Shown: positions 30,933 to 41,169 of the stretch, one piece after another | Numbering within the stretch: the first letter of the stretch is position 1 | Layout of the letters: each line of letters begins with the position of its first letter | Source of the DNA: Rubripirellula sp. | Lineage (GTDB): Bacteria; Planctomycetota; Planctomycetia; Pirellulales; Pirellulaceae | DNA: 64,000 nt | NCBI GenBank assembly: GCA_029245125.1 | Contig: JAQWPZ010000208.1 | Coordinates: 1,111-65,110, forward strand | Direction: 5' to 3' | Notes under the pieces: model-generated | The model's database searches: none | What the model was told of the DNA's origin: nothing | What the model saw: only the letters and a program-made list of their open reading frames with translations | Position numbers and translations under genes: made by a program

Positions 30933-32150
30933 ATGAGTAATGTACTACGAATCGCCTTAGTCGATCCCAACGACGCCACACGAGAACCCCTCAAAGCAAT
31001 GCTATTGGGGATGGATACCGTGTGGCTCGAGGCTGATTGTTCGCGCTATGAGTTTTTCCCCGATGTGATCGAGCAAACGGGACCTGATGTTGGCGTGATC
31101 GCCTTGGATAGTGATCCGGGCAAAGCAACCAGCTTGATCCAGCAACTGTCAAACGATTCCCCTGACACCGCCATTCTGGCTGCGAGCGAGAACACGGACG
31201 GACAGCTAATCCTGAAAACCATTCGGGCGGGGGCAAGAGAATTCCTAACGTTGCCGGTGTCGAATGAAGATCTATCGGGCGCTCTGCAAAGGGTGAGCCA
31301 GCAAAAGTTCGGATCGTCTGAAGGAGGGGGGCGTTCCTGCGAGGTGATTTGTATCGCAGGTGCCACAGGCGGCGTCGGAACAACCAGTACGGCAGTGAAT
31401 CTCGGTTGTGTCTTGGCTGCCGACACCCAGAACAGTGTCGCACTCCTGGACATTGATCTCGCCTTGGGTGACGCCGATGTATTCCTGGATTCGATCCCTG
31501 ATTACACCTTGGCCGATGTCGTTCAGAACGTTGCCAGACTGGACATTCAGTTACTGAAACGATCACTAACCAAACACAGCAGTGGTCTCTACTTGCTGCC
31601 ACGACCTGTCGAACTGCACGACACGACAGCAATCACCGAAGAGAGCATCCGGAAGGTGATTAGCTTACTGAAAGCCTCTTTCACCCACTTAATCATTGAT
31701 CTCTCCAAGACCTACAGCCAAGTTGATATGGTTGCGATTGAGAGTTCGAGTCGGGTACTGCTGGTAACTCAACTCGATCTGCCATGTTTGAGAAACGTGG
31801 TTCGCCTGTTAATGAGTTTCGAGGAAATCGAGGGTCTCAAAAACAAGGTCGAAATCGTGGTCAACCGTGCCGGCCTTGACTCGGGGCAGATCAGCCTCAA
31901 GAAGGCAGAGGAAACGCTTGGACGAGATGTTTACGCCCTACTTCCCAACGACTACCGAACCATGGTTGAGGTACGAAACAACGGCGTACCACTGATCGTG
32001 CAGGCTCCCAAAGCAAATATCACACAGGCGATTCGAGATTTAGCCGAGAAGATATCCGGCGGCCCAGAAGAGAAAGACCAAGCGGGTGCTGCCGCAAACA
32101 AACCAACAGAAAGCAAGTGGAAAAAGTTTTGGCCCGGCACGAAGGCGTGA
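30933..32150 (+). CDS. cpaE: Pilus assembly/localisation protein CpaE/TadZ (pseudo-REC plus MinD/ParA-like ATPase)
   Basis: N-terminal receiver-like fold; deviant Walker A GATGGVGTTS; LLDIDLALGD; IIDL; LLPNDY. Confidence 0.92.
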   Translation: MSNVLRIALVDPNDATREPLKAMLLGMDTVWLEADCSRYEFFPDVIEQTGPDVGVIALDSDPGKATSLIQQLSNDSPDTAILAASENTDGQLILKTIRAGAREFLTLPVSNEDLSGALQRVSQQKFGSSEGGGRSCEVICIAGATGGVGTTSTAVNLGCVLAADTQNSVALLDIDLALGDADVFLDSIPDYTLADVVQNVARLDIQLLKRSLTKHSSGLYLLPRPVELHDTTAITEESIRKVISLLKASFTHLIIDLSKTYSQVDMVAIESSSRVLLVTQLDLPCLRNVVRLLMSFEEIEGLKNKVEIVVNRAGLDSGQISLKKAEETLGRDVYALLPNDYRTMVEVRNNGVPLIVQAPKANITQAIRDLAEKISGGPEEKDQAGAAANKPTESKWKKFWPGTKA

Positions 32151-32204
32151 TGTGCACAAAGGCGTGATGTGCACGAAGGCGTGATGTGCACGAAAGCGTG
32201 ATGC
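32137..32204. repeat. 17-bp tandem repeat x4 (GCACGAAGGCGTGATGT) starting within the cpaE stop region
   Basis: Units at 32137, 32154, 32171 and 32188, with 0-2 mismatches each. Confidence 0.92.
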
Positions 32205-32258
32205 ATCCAGACCGGTTTCCGGACGCATTTCCTGTTGATCCGAATTCGACCGTGGTGA

Positions 32259-33734
32259 TCAATCTTTTGATTCGAGCCAGTGGACGAGTGTTCGCACCAT
32301 CACGCCGGTCGCTCCGGCATCTCGATGCGATTTCGGACTTTCCGCAAACGCGGGCCCAGCGATATCAAGGTGCAGCCACGGCACATCCCCAACAAAATTC
32401 TCCAAGAACTTTGCAGCCGTAATCGCTCCGCCCCAGCGGCCCTCACCAATGTTCTTGATATCGGCGACCTTACTCTTCACTTTCTCGTCGTAGAGTTCGA
32501 ACATCGGCAATTGCCAAACCGGTTCACCTTGTCCTTCAGCTGCCTGCCGAACAGCGTCGCACAAAGCTTGATCATTGGTCATCATCCCGACCACTTCGGT
32601 ACCGAGAGCAACCATACAAGCACCGGTCAAGGTTGCTAAGTCGACAATCGCCTGCGGTTCACACTGGACAGCGACATCTAAGGTATCTGCCAACACAACG
32701 CGACCTTCAGCATCCGTGTTTAGAATCTCGATCGTTTTACCGCTTCGAGTCTCAATCACATCCCCGAGTTTGTAACTGTCACCGCTAACCATATTCTCAG
32801 CCAATCCACAAAGCCCGATCAGGTTTTTGCGCAGACCTAGCTTGGCAGCTGCGAGCATGACCCCAACGACTGTAGCGGCACCGGCCATGTCGCATTTCAT
32901 ATCTGCCATTGCGTCACTGGGCTTCAGCGACAAGCCACCGCTATCAAACGTGACGCCCTTACCGACGAGTGCTAAAGGAGCCTCGGTCCCTCCACCTTGA
33001 TAACGCATAATCACCAAACGTGGCGGCTTACTTGACCCTGCTCCCACGGCCAAGATAGCGCGACAGCCTTCCGCCTCAAGCTTATTTTCATCCCAGATCT
33101 CAACCTGAATTTCTGTCCCCTCAGCCAACTGCTCCACCCGCTCTGCAAAGCTGGCGGGGTATACCATCGCGGGTGGCTCGTTGACGAGTCGCCGTGTGTG
33201 ATTGATCGAATGACCAATCACCGTACCGCGATCGATGACTGCTTGGTCGATGCCACTAAAATCGATCGACGAGGGCACTTCGATCGGTGGATCCGATTGA
33301 TAAAGGGCCTGACCCTCGCAAGCGGAGGCTGCCCCAGCGACAATTTGTTCCTGGTACTCTGCAGGAAAAGATTCGGCGAGCGTGACAATCACACGATCCC
33401 GCTTCCGATCGACGAGCTTCCGGATTGCCGACGCCGACGACTCGAATGCATCCAAGCTCGTTGCCGGCTTATTTCCCAGACCGACGACCAGAATCATCAC
33501 TGGTCCTTCAGGGAGAGGTGAAGCGAACAACGACAATTCGCCTTGTTTGCCTCGCAGTTGACCCAATTCGATTAGTCGCGATATCCAGTTATCGGTCAAT
33601 CCATCAATGGCCGAGAGGGTGGGAGTGAGTTCCCCACTTTCGCTCAAACCAACGACCACAACATCCGCTTTCTCGGCGGCTGGAGCGGTGACAGTGCGAA
33701 ATACAGGAGTCTCAAAAGGGGTACTTTCCAGCAT
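32259..33734 (-). CDS. pepA: Leucyl aminopeptidase (M17)
   Basis: GKGVTFDSGG, MKCDMAGAA, NTDAEGRVVLAD, DLATLTG, WLHLDIAG. Confidence 0.96.
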   Translation of the reverse strand: MLESTPFETPVFRTVTAPAAEKADVVVVGLSESGELTPTLSAIDGLTDNWISRLIELGQLRGKQGELSLFASPLPEGPVMILVVGLGNKPATSLDAFESSASAIRKLVDRKRDRVIVTLAESFPAEYQEQIVAGAASACEGQALYQSDPPIEVPSSIDFSGIDQAVIDRGTVIGHSINHTRRLVNEPPAMVYPASFAERVEQLAEGTEIQVEIWDENKLEAEGCRAILAVGAGSSKPPRLVIMRYQGGGTEAPLALVGKGVTFDSGGLSLKPSDAMADMKCDMAGAATVVGVMLAAAKLGLRKNLIGLCGLAENMVSGDSYKLGDVIETRSGKTIEILNTDAEGRVVLADTLDVAVQCEPQAIVDLATLTGACMVALGTEVVGMMTNDQALCDAVRQAAEGQGEPVWQLPMFELYDEKVKSKVADIKNIGEGRWGGAITAAKFLENFVGDVPWLHLDIAGPAFAESPKSHRDAGATGVMVRTLVHWLESKD

Positions 33735-33844
33735 TGAATTGTGTCTTCAGAGGATCGGACGAAGGTGGGGTTAGTCTAGGCCCGCCGAGGCGGTTATCCT
33801 ACCCGGCTCAGCACCGTTCTTCTTCAAGCTCCCAGAGACTGAAT

Positions 33845-35674
33845 GTGAAGCATCGCAGCACTCGAGATGTAGTTGATGATCTGCGTTCTGCGGGGCGATT
33901 GATCGAGATCGACGACCCGGTAGATCCGACGCTGGAGATCGGTGAGATTCAGCGAAGAGTCTATGCCAATGGTGGTCCAGCTCTGCTGTTTAAAAACATC
34001 CAGGGTTCACACTTCCAAGCCGCTTCCAACCTTTTTGGCACGCTCGAACAGGCTCGCTATCTGTTTCGAGATACCCTCGAATCCGTTCGCCGGCTGATTG
34101 AAGTTAAAGTCGACCCAGCGGCATTACCGCGAAAGCCATTCCGGTATGCCGCCACTCCACTCACCGCGATGCGAATGCTGCCCCGCAAGACCAAACGCGG
34201 GCCGGTCCAAGCACAGCAATGCCAACTGAGCGATCTGCCGATGATCCAAAGCTGGCCAGACGACGGCGGCCCCTTCGTCACGTTGCCTCAGGTGCTGAGT
34301 GAGGATCCACTCAGCCCAGGCAACCTCATGCGGGTGAACCTTGGAATGTACAGGATTCAATTGGCCGGAAACGACTATGAACAAAATCACGAAGTCGGCC
34401 TGCATTATCAAATCCACCGCGGGATCGGCGTACACCATCGTACTGCCCTTGATAGAGGGGAACCGCTCCGCGTTGTGATCACCGTTGGAGGCTCACCTGC
34501 AATGACGCTAGCGGCCGTCATGCCACTGCCCGAAGGCCTCACCGAATTGACATTCGCCGGCGCTTTGGCGGGACGTCGCATCCGAATGATCCGAGGCAAT
34601 CATGCTCCCGTATATGCTGATGCTGACTTTGCAATCGTCGGAACGATTGACCCCAATCAGTTAAAGCCAGAGGGACCGTTCGGCGACCACCTTGGCTACT
34701 ACAGCTTGATGCATCGGTTTCCTTTTATGAAAGTTGAAAAAGTCTGGCATCGCGATAACGCGATCTGGCCTTTCACCATTGTCGGTCGACCACCGCAAGA
34801 AGACACGACCTTTGGCGAGCTGATCCACGACCTGACTGATCCAATCATTCCTTCGGTGATCCCTGGGGTCAAATCCGTGCATGCGGTCGATGCGGCAGGA
34901 GTCCACCCGCTGCTACTGGCGATTGGCAGTGAGCGATACATGCCCTACCTGGAAGAACCAGAACCGCAAGAACTTTTGACGCAGGCGAATGCGATCTTAG
35001 GCAACGGGCAATTGTCACTCGCGAAGTACCTATGGATCACCGATGATCCAGATGATCAACTTGACATCCACGACATCGAATCGTTTTTGCGTCACCTGCT
35101 GCAGCGGGTGGACTGGCGCCGGGATCTTCATTTTCAGACTCGCACAACAATCGACACTCTCGATTACAGCGGTGTCGGATTGAATAAAGGTTCAAAAGTG
35201 GTCATCGCCGCGCGGGGCAAGGCGAAAAGAGAACTCCTCACCGAACTGCCAAACGATCTCTCCTTGCCTGACGACTGGTCAAATCCTCGCATTGTGATGC
35301 CAGGGGTGCTGGCGATCACCGGAGCAAAGGTTGAAACAGAATCCAATCAAACGCTTCAGCGTCAAATCGATTCGGTGACGCTCGAATCACCGCTCAACCG
35401 ATTTCCGCTGGTAACGATTGTTGACGAGAGCAACATGGCCTCGGCTTCCCTACAAAATTGGCTATGGGTAACCTTTACCCGTAGCAATCCTGCCACGGAT
35501 ATTTACGGGGTCGCATCCGAAATGATTCACAAGCACTGGGGATGCCGCGGATCCCTGGTGATCGACGCTCGTGTCAAACCACACCACGCTCCACCTTTAA
35601 TTGAAGCACCAGAGATCACCGCGAAGGTCGATGCCCGGGCCACCCGAGGCGGACCGTTGGCCAAGTATCTATAG
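33845..35674 (+). CDS. UbiD family prFMN-dependent decarboxylase
   Basis: LIEIDDPVDP, NLFGT, WPDDGGPFVTLP, NLGMYRIQ, EGPFGDHLGYYS, GRPPQED, DTLDYS. Start set at GTG 33845. Confidence 0.9.
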   Translation: MKHRSTRDVVDDLRSAGRLIEIDDPVDPTLEIGEIQRRVYANGGPALLFKNIQGSHFQAASNLFGTLEQARYLFRDTLESVRRLIEVKVDPAALPRKPFRYAATPLTAMRMLPRKTKRGPVQAQQCQLSDLPMIQSWPDDGGPFVTLPQVLSEDPLSPGNLMRVNLGMYRIQLAGNDYEQNHEVGLHYQIHRGIGVHHRTALDRGEPLRVVITVGGSPAMTLAAVMPLPEGLTELTFAGALAGRRIRMIRGNHAPVYADADFAIVGTIDPNQLKPEGPFGDHLGYYSLMHRFPFMKVEKVWHRDNAIWPFTIVGRPPQEDTTFGELIHDLTDPIIPSVIPGVKSVHAVDAAGVHPLLLAIGSERYMPYLEEPEPQELLTQANAILGNGQLSLAKYLWITDDPDDQLDIHDIESFLRHLLQRVDWRRDLHFQTRTTIDTLDYSGVGLNKGSKVVIAARGKAKRELLTELPNDLSLPDDWSNPRIVMPGVLAITGAKVETESNQTLQRQIDSVTLESPLNRFPLVTIVDESNMASASLQNWLWVTFTRSNPATDIYGVASEMIHKHWGCRGSLVIDARVKPHHAPPLIEAPEITAKVDARATRGGPLAKYL

Positions 35675-35777
35675 TCTGTGGCCTGAACCAATTTCGGAAT
35701 TCACTGAACTTCACCATTCTCAATCCATCAGTTCAGTAAGTCACAACTCTCCCTCAGGGTGACCTGGAGACATCAAG

Positions 35778-36584
35778 ATGGCGACCCTGCAGCAAACCTT
35801 TGATTGCGATCACCCCGTAGCTTTGATCACTGGCAGCGGAGCTCCGCGAGTCGGTCGCATCGTTGCGGAGCATTTGGCCAAGGCGGGATGCCACATATCA
35901 TTGCATGCGAACAAGAGCGTTGATGCGGCCGAAAAAGCGGCCAAGCAGTTTCGCGATCAGTTCCATTGTCAAACGATTGTCACGAACGGCTCACTGGATG
36001 ATGATTCCGTCCCAGAGCGTTTGGTTGCCGAAACCCAGCAACACTTTGGCCGAATCGACATCGTGGTGAACAGTGCTGCGATCTGGCACCCCACACCGCT
36101 GAATCAGATCACACCAGCTGAAATACGCCGTTACTTTGACATCAACACACTAGCGACATTTCTAATCGCTCGGGCCGCGGGCCGTTTTATGGCTGCACAA
36201 CCATTTGGCGGCGCGGTCGTGAATCTCGGTGACTGGGCGACCGCGAGACCCTACCTCGATCATGCGGCCTACTTTCCGAGCAAGGGTGGCGTTGAAGTGT
36301 TAACAAGATCACTGGCTATCGAATTGGCTCAATTGAACCAGCGAATCCGCGTCAATTGCATCCAACCGGGCCCTGTGCTGCTGGCAGATGAGGTGAGTGA
36401 AGACGAGGCGAATCAGTTGGCACGGACGACTTTGGTCGGTCGAATTGGAACCCCAGAGGACGTTGCCCACGCAGTTCAGTTTTTATGCGAAAACAGTTTC
36501 GTGACAGGAGTCTGCTTGCCGGTCGACGGAGGTCGCACAATCTTCGCGCCCGACGGCATGCAGGTTGGGATGAACACAGGCTGA
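35778..36584 (+). CDS. Short-chain dehydrogenase, pteridine reductase (FolM/PTR1)-like
   Basis: TGSGAPRVG (Arg-containing Gly motif typical of pteridine reductases), VNSAAI, NLGD, YFPSK, VDGGR. Confidence 0.85.
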   Translation: MATLQQTFDCDHPVALITGSGAPRVGRIVAEHLAKAGCHISLHANKSVDAAEKAAKQFRDQFHCQTIVTNGSLDDDSVPERLVAETQQHFGRIDIVVNSAAIWHPTPLNQITPAEIRRYFDINTLATFLIARAAGRFMAAQPFGGAVVNLGDWATARPYLDHAAYFPSKGGVEVLTRSLAIELAQLNQRIRVNCIQPGPVLLADEVSEDEANQLARTTLVGRIGTPEDVAHAVQFLCENSFVTGVCLPVDGGRTIFAPDGMQVGMNTG

Positions 36585-36711
36585 CCATGCCGTTGTTCGC
36601 ACCTGCGAATGTTTCAGATCTTGCTGTCGTCTCAATCGCCTGTCAGTGGTTGGTTACAAACAACGTACTACTCACCACTCCTGCAACCCATCGCTGACTG
36701 CGATTCACCGC

Positions 36712-37890
36712 TCAACATTGAATCAGCTGAAACTCGTTCTCTGCCAAATCAGCGAACAGCTGTTCGACTGATGACGCAGCAGTCGACACACCTCCGAAGA
36801 CAGCGGAACAGCCAGCTCGCAACTCACCGTGCTTGCTATTTCCGAGCCCTCTGGCCCCGTTGACTGTTGCCATTTTCAAAACGTCCTCGGGCGGCAAATC
36901 GATCCGGTGATGCAACAAGTGCTGCACTTCTTTCCACAGATTCAAATCGGGATTGCTGGCTCGTGAATCAGTCCCCAAGGCAACCCGCACCCCCGCTGCC
37001 TGCAGGCGGGCAACAGGATGCTCTGAATGACGAAAAAAACAATGGGTTCGGGGGCAATAAACAACGGTCAAATTTGGATACCGTGCCATCACATCAATTT
37101 CCGAATCACTCAGGTCATTCCCGTGAATCACCAGACTTCTTCGTGTGCGCGACAAGAGCTGGAACAAACGAGTCAGCGGCTGATCACCCCAAGGGAACAA
37201 ACCATCCCGCCATACCCCAAATGACTTCAAAGAATCGGCGAACTCCCCACGCCCATACCGCAACAATTCCCGCTCGGCCGGCGATTCAGCGACGTGCATT
37301 GCAAGAGGACGGTTGGTGGAACGCGCCAAATCAACGCACCGTTCAATCAACGACCATGGTGTTGAATATGGAGCGTGTGGACTGATCCCCGCCTGACCAT
37401 TTACTTCAATCATCGCCCCCGCTGCTGCGAATCGCTCGTTACCGCGACTCGGATCCAAACCAACCACCTCGGAGAACGGAATGAGTTGTGGACTTCCATC
37501 CGGGTAGTCGCAGGGTGGCGTAGCAATTTCACCGGCCAACACAGTTCCCGTCGATGCCATTTCACGCATCCCAATTTCGACCGCCTGATGCTTCTGCAGC
37601 GAGCTGGCTTGCCCACGCGCTGCGATGACCATGCCAATCCACTGATTAAGTGAAACCCCTGGCTGCCCAATTGGTTCGGTAAACTCAGAGAATTCCAAGT
37701 GTGTATGAGCATTGACCAAACCAGGTAAGAGAGCCATCTCCCCGAGGTCCACCGCACCAAGTGGCACCGACTCACCTCCAACCTCTGTGATTTCACCACC
37801 AGCAACTCGAATCCAGCCACCTGGGATCGGTGGTGCTGTGATCGGCAGAACCCATCTCGCTGTAAACACCTGAGAGGTTTCGTTCTTCAT
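36712..37890 (-). CDS. Metal-dependent amidohydrolase, nucleoside deaminase type (aminofutalosine/SAH deaminase-like)
   Basis: PGLVNAHTHLEFS, SPHAPYS, HVAES, HGN, CPRT, GTDS...SN. The exact substrate is uncertain. Confidence 0.85.
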   Translation of the reverse strand: MKNETSQVFTARWVLPITAPPIPGGWIRVAGGEITEVGGESVPLGAVDLGEMALLPGLVNAHTHLEFSEFTEPIGQPGVSLNQWIGMVIAARGQASSLQKHQAVEIGMREMASTGTVLAGEIATPPCDYPDGSPQLIPFSEVVGLDPSRGNERFAAAGAMIEVNGQAGISPHAPYSTPWSLIERCVDLARSTNRPLAMHVAESPAERELLRYGRGEFADSLKSFGVWRDGLFPWGDQPLTRLFQLLSRTRRSLVIHGNDLSDSEIDVMARYPNLTVVYCPRTHCFFRHSEHPVARLQAAGVRVALGTDSRASNPDLNLWKEVQHLLHHRIDLPPEDVLKMATVNGARGLGNSKHGELRAGCSAVFGGVSTAASSVEQLFADLAENEFQLIQC

Positions 37891-38524
37891 GAAGACTCCA
37901 AACAAACGAGACCGTTTGCCTCGCGGGTTCTACGATCGCTCCCCAGAAATTGTCGCCCAAGAACTCCTTGGCAAAGCTCTGTTAAGAAAAAATGGCAAGA
38001 ACTGGATGGGGGGCTGGATTGTCGAAACCGAAGCCTACCTCTCCTCAGACGACTCGTCGAGCCATAGCCACCGAGGACTGACGCGAAGTAACGCATCGAT
38101 GTTCGAGCACGCCGGGACACTTTATGTCTACCCAATCCATGCCAAATATTGCCTGAATGCCGTCACCGAAAAGAAAGGGAAGGGGAGTGCGGTTTTGATC
38201 CGCGCAATCGAACCTGTCTGGGGAATCGAACAGATGACCGAACGCCGTGGCTTAGCCGACCGGCGCCGCCTTACCCGCGGCCCAGCCATGCTGTGCCAAG
38301 CACTCGCTGTCGATCGCGGTCTTGACGGTGCAGATTTGGTACGCGGCTCTGAAATCACGATCACAAACAATCAAAGACCACCTGAAACAACATCCAGTTG
38401 TCGAATCGGCATTTCCAGTGCTCAAGAGCTACCGCTCCGATTTTTCATCGATGGCAATTGGTTTGTCAGCGGGAAAGCGAGTGATCATCGACGTCGTCCG
38501 AGCAAGCCAGCCCCACGATCTTGA
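37889..38524 (+). CDS. mpg: DNA-3-methyladenine glycosylase (MPG/AAG family)
   Basis: FYDRSPEIVAQELLGK, IVETEAY, SHSHRG, MFEHAGTLYVY, AVLIRAIEP, GPAMLCQAL, RIGIS, LRFFI. Confidence 0.94.
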   Translation: MKTPNKRDRLPRGFYDRSPEIVAQELLGKALLRKNGKNWMGGWIVETEAYLSSDDSSSHSHRGLTRSNASMFEHAGTLYVYPIHAKYCLNAVTEKKGKGSAVLIRAIEPVWGIEQMTERRGLADRRRLTRGPAMLCQALAVDRGLDGADLVRGSEITITNNQRPPETTSSCRIGISSAQELPLRFFIDGNWFVSGKASDHRRRPSKPAPRS

Positions 38525-38582
38525 TCGCGGTCGAGGCGGCCTGACACAAACGACCAAACCAAAGCTCGCCTGAATATCCGCG

Positions 38583-38625
38583 GCGGGGTCGGACGTAAGG
38601 CACCGGACCAAGACGTCCGACCCGC
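38583..38625. terminator. GC-rich stem-loop downstream of mpg
   Basis: GCGGGGTCGGACGT pairs with ACGTCCGACCCGC (13 bp, one bulge) around a 16-nt loop; no U-tract. Confidence 0.35.
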
Positions 38626-39069
38626 AAAGTGCCGCTTCTCGAAAACCGCGAACTGAGGCGGGCAGTCGCTTAGCCCTCGAACTCGATCAATCTCACATAA
38701 GCAGAACACGAATCTCGATAGGTTGATCAGCCGCAATTGACGAAGCCGACCAAAGACTCCGGCGAATCGTCAAGATCGCGATGCAACCAATCTGATTTCT
38801 TTGCTGGAACTCGATGCAGAGAGGCATAGGAGAACAGTCGACCGAATTGCTCTAGCGGAGCAATGACCATGCCAATTATTAGTCTCACCAATTTCCGCTG
38901 GCTGACCTGACAACACCAGTGACACAGAATCGACCTAACGTGCCGGCAGGCTCCCTTGCTGGATTCGAAATCACCGAATGCATTCGATTGATCACGAGTG
39001 CCGGCCTGCTCGGTACAGCTACCACTGCTCTATTGCAGCGCAACTGCTTAGGATTTGAGCAGCAAGTCG

Positions 39070-40917
39070 CTAGCGAACTGCGATGGTAAACCAACCATCC
39101 TGGGCGACGATCAATTGCGGCTGGAAAACACGACCGCGAAGTGTCTCTAGTTTGGCATCCGCCGGAATCTCCAGCGTTCGATCAAGAACGGATTCAGGAA
39201 ATACCGACGAGAACTTTTTCTGAATCGTTCGCCGCAAGCCAGCCTGTGAAACGGTCAATCGCCTGCCACCGGGAAAATCGACAGCGACATCCCCCTGTCG
39301 CACCAAAGACATCACCCCGTCTCTTTCGACAGGTGCATAAACTGCAGTGATTTCCATTGACTGCTTCAACTCCCGACCACCCTGCAGAAATCGGGTTCCG
39401 CGAACCCCGACTCGAAGCGTATCGTCGCGAGCCTCAAAAATGATCGGTCGCAAGCGAGCAAAATCGATTTCAAAGGGACTCTCACGTTCTTCGTCGGCGG
39501 TGGCTGTGTCATCAGCCTGCCGTCCCGATTTTTCGAGCAATTGATTGAGTTCATCCTCTCGAACAGTCCGACCAGCCAACACAGGTGAAAATGCGTTGTC
39601 CAACGCTGATTCATGAACCTGAATCATGACGGGATAACATTCGTCAACCATCGGTCTGGGAGTAACGGTAGCAAGTTGATCGTGGCGACGAAATAAAGCT
39701 TGCAGACTCAATCTGTCTTCACTTGTACTCCAACGCTGCAACGGCTCGCTTAATGACAACCGCTTCAAGACACGACGTGCCCGATCGAGTGCAGAGGGTT
39801 CACTCCCCACCACACCCTCCGTTTCCTCAACAAATTGATCTCGCACCTGATTACGGAATTTCCCGAGAGCGATCTGATCAGCCAGAGGCTTCTGTTGTGC
39901 AGCTTTTTTCTTTGCAATTTTCCGAACCAGACCAAGAGGATGCTCGATCGCAATGATTCGACTGGACAGACTCGCATCCACCGGAATGTCCGCACTGAAC
40001 TGAACTCCAGCCGGATCGAGAATTACTTCACGTGAAATCGCCACCTGCCCATTACTGATCGTTCGCAACCGCACTGATCGGTTGTACCCAATGCTTTGCC
40101 CCTGCATTTTTGCATCCAGCGTCAGGTTGATGCGAGCATCATCAGCTGACGGCAACAGTTCAGCCGTCACACGCCCCTCAAGCAATGCCGTACCCACGAT
40201 TCGGGTGCCAAGAATGCAATCCCGCACAGGACGTGACTCATCAACCTCGCGTTCAATCGCCTGTTGGACCATCGCTTCGCTTACAACAACTGCCACATTC
40301 GGTTCATCAAAAATTTGCCGCAGAGTCTCAATTAGATCAGTGGCTTGACCTGATGATTCCAGGACGCGCATCACCGCAGCAAGTCTGGTGCTTTGCATAG
40401 GCGTTGGATTGGCATCCATTGAACGCACGATTTCCACCAACGAATTCAACTGACGAGCGATCAACTCCTTCCTGCGGTCCCGGTCACGAAACACAACTGA
40501 CGTGATCAAAGTCTCGACAGAAGTTCGCAAGTCTCCAACTGCGCGGAGTTCTAGACCTGCCGCAAAGCCGACCAAACGGACCCGCAACTTGCGGGCAGCA
40601 AGCCCAATCGCAACGGGGGACTGGTCCGAATGGATTGCATCAGCCAAGGGCTCCAGATCAAAATAGGCCATCCACGCCCCCGCATTGGCTGGATCAGTAC
40701 TGGACTGAAAATACGCCTTGGTCTGATCGATCTGCAGCAGTACGGCTTCACTGGACGATTGAAAATCCGGAAACCGACCTTCGTCGATTTGCGTGACCGC
40801 AACTTCTATTTCCGATACCAAACGCTGTTTGTCCGCGTCCGACAATTGCGCGTTGACCGACGACTGCAAGCAGAAGAAAAACAAGCAAAATGCGGTGGCA
40901 AATCCAATTCGCTGCAT
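39070..40917 (-). CDS. Large exported hypothetical protein
   Basis: Signal peptide from ATG 40917 (MQRIGFATAFCLFFFCLQSSVNA); helical N-half and beta-rich C-half; no family recognised. Confidence 0.8.
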   Translation of the reverse strand: MQRIGFATAFCLFFFCLQSSVNAQLSDADKQRLVSEIEVAVTQIDEGRFPDFQSSSEAVLLQIDQTKAYFQSSTDPANAGAWMAYFDLEPLADAIHSDQSPVAIGLAARKLRVRLVGFAAGLELRAVGDLRTSVETLITSVVFRDRDRRKELIARQLNSLVEIVRSMDANPTPMQSTRLAAVMRVLESSGQATDLIETLRQIFDEPNVAVVVSEAMVQQAIEREVDESRPVRDCILGTRIVGTALLEGRVTAELLPSADDARINLTLDAKMQGQSIGYNRSVRLRTISNGQVAISREVILDPAGVQFSADIPVDASLSSRIIAIEHPLGLVRKIAKKKAAQQKPLADQIALGKFRNQVRDQFVEETEGVVGSEPSALDRARRVLKRLSLSEPLQRWSTSEDRLSLQALFRRHDQLATVTPRPMVDECYPVMIQVHESALDNAFSPVLAGRTVREDELNQLLEKSGRQADDTATADEERESPFEIDFARLRPIIFEARDDTLRVGVRGTRFLQGGRELKQSMEITAVYAPVERDGVMSLVRQGDVAVDFPGGRRLTVSQAGLRRTIQKKFSSVFPESVLDRTLEIPADAKLETLRGRVFQPQLIVAQDGWFTIAVR

Positions 40918-41169
40918 AATCGTTGGGGGGAGTTTGAGAAACCGTCTGCGTTCGCGTAACTCGGACGTCAGCCAAATCGCCAAGCGATAACAAGCAACTT
41001 CCGCGATACACGGCAATTGGCTGAGACTTGTGGTGGCACGCCATCGGTATTTTAGGCACCCCAGGCAATCAGGGTGAATGGTGATTTCCCTAAATCGACT
41101 AGAACCAGCCAAGTTTGTCCGATTTCTCCTGCGACAAGCATAATTTTTTCGCGAGCTGCCTGCGACGAA

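Noticed and set aside
30933-32150. Missing Walker A Lys and phospho-Asp in CpaE as a novelty
   Set aside because: A degenerate receiver and deviant Walker A are normal for the CpaE/TadZ family.
32137-32204. Repeat array as a mini-CRISPR
   Set aside because: Units are head-to-tail with no spacers, are only 17 bp long, and no cas genes are present.
33734-33844. Apparent overlap of the UbiD and pepA starts
   Set aside because: UbiD homology begins at GTG 33845, leaving an ordinary 110-bp divergent gap.
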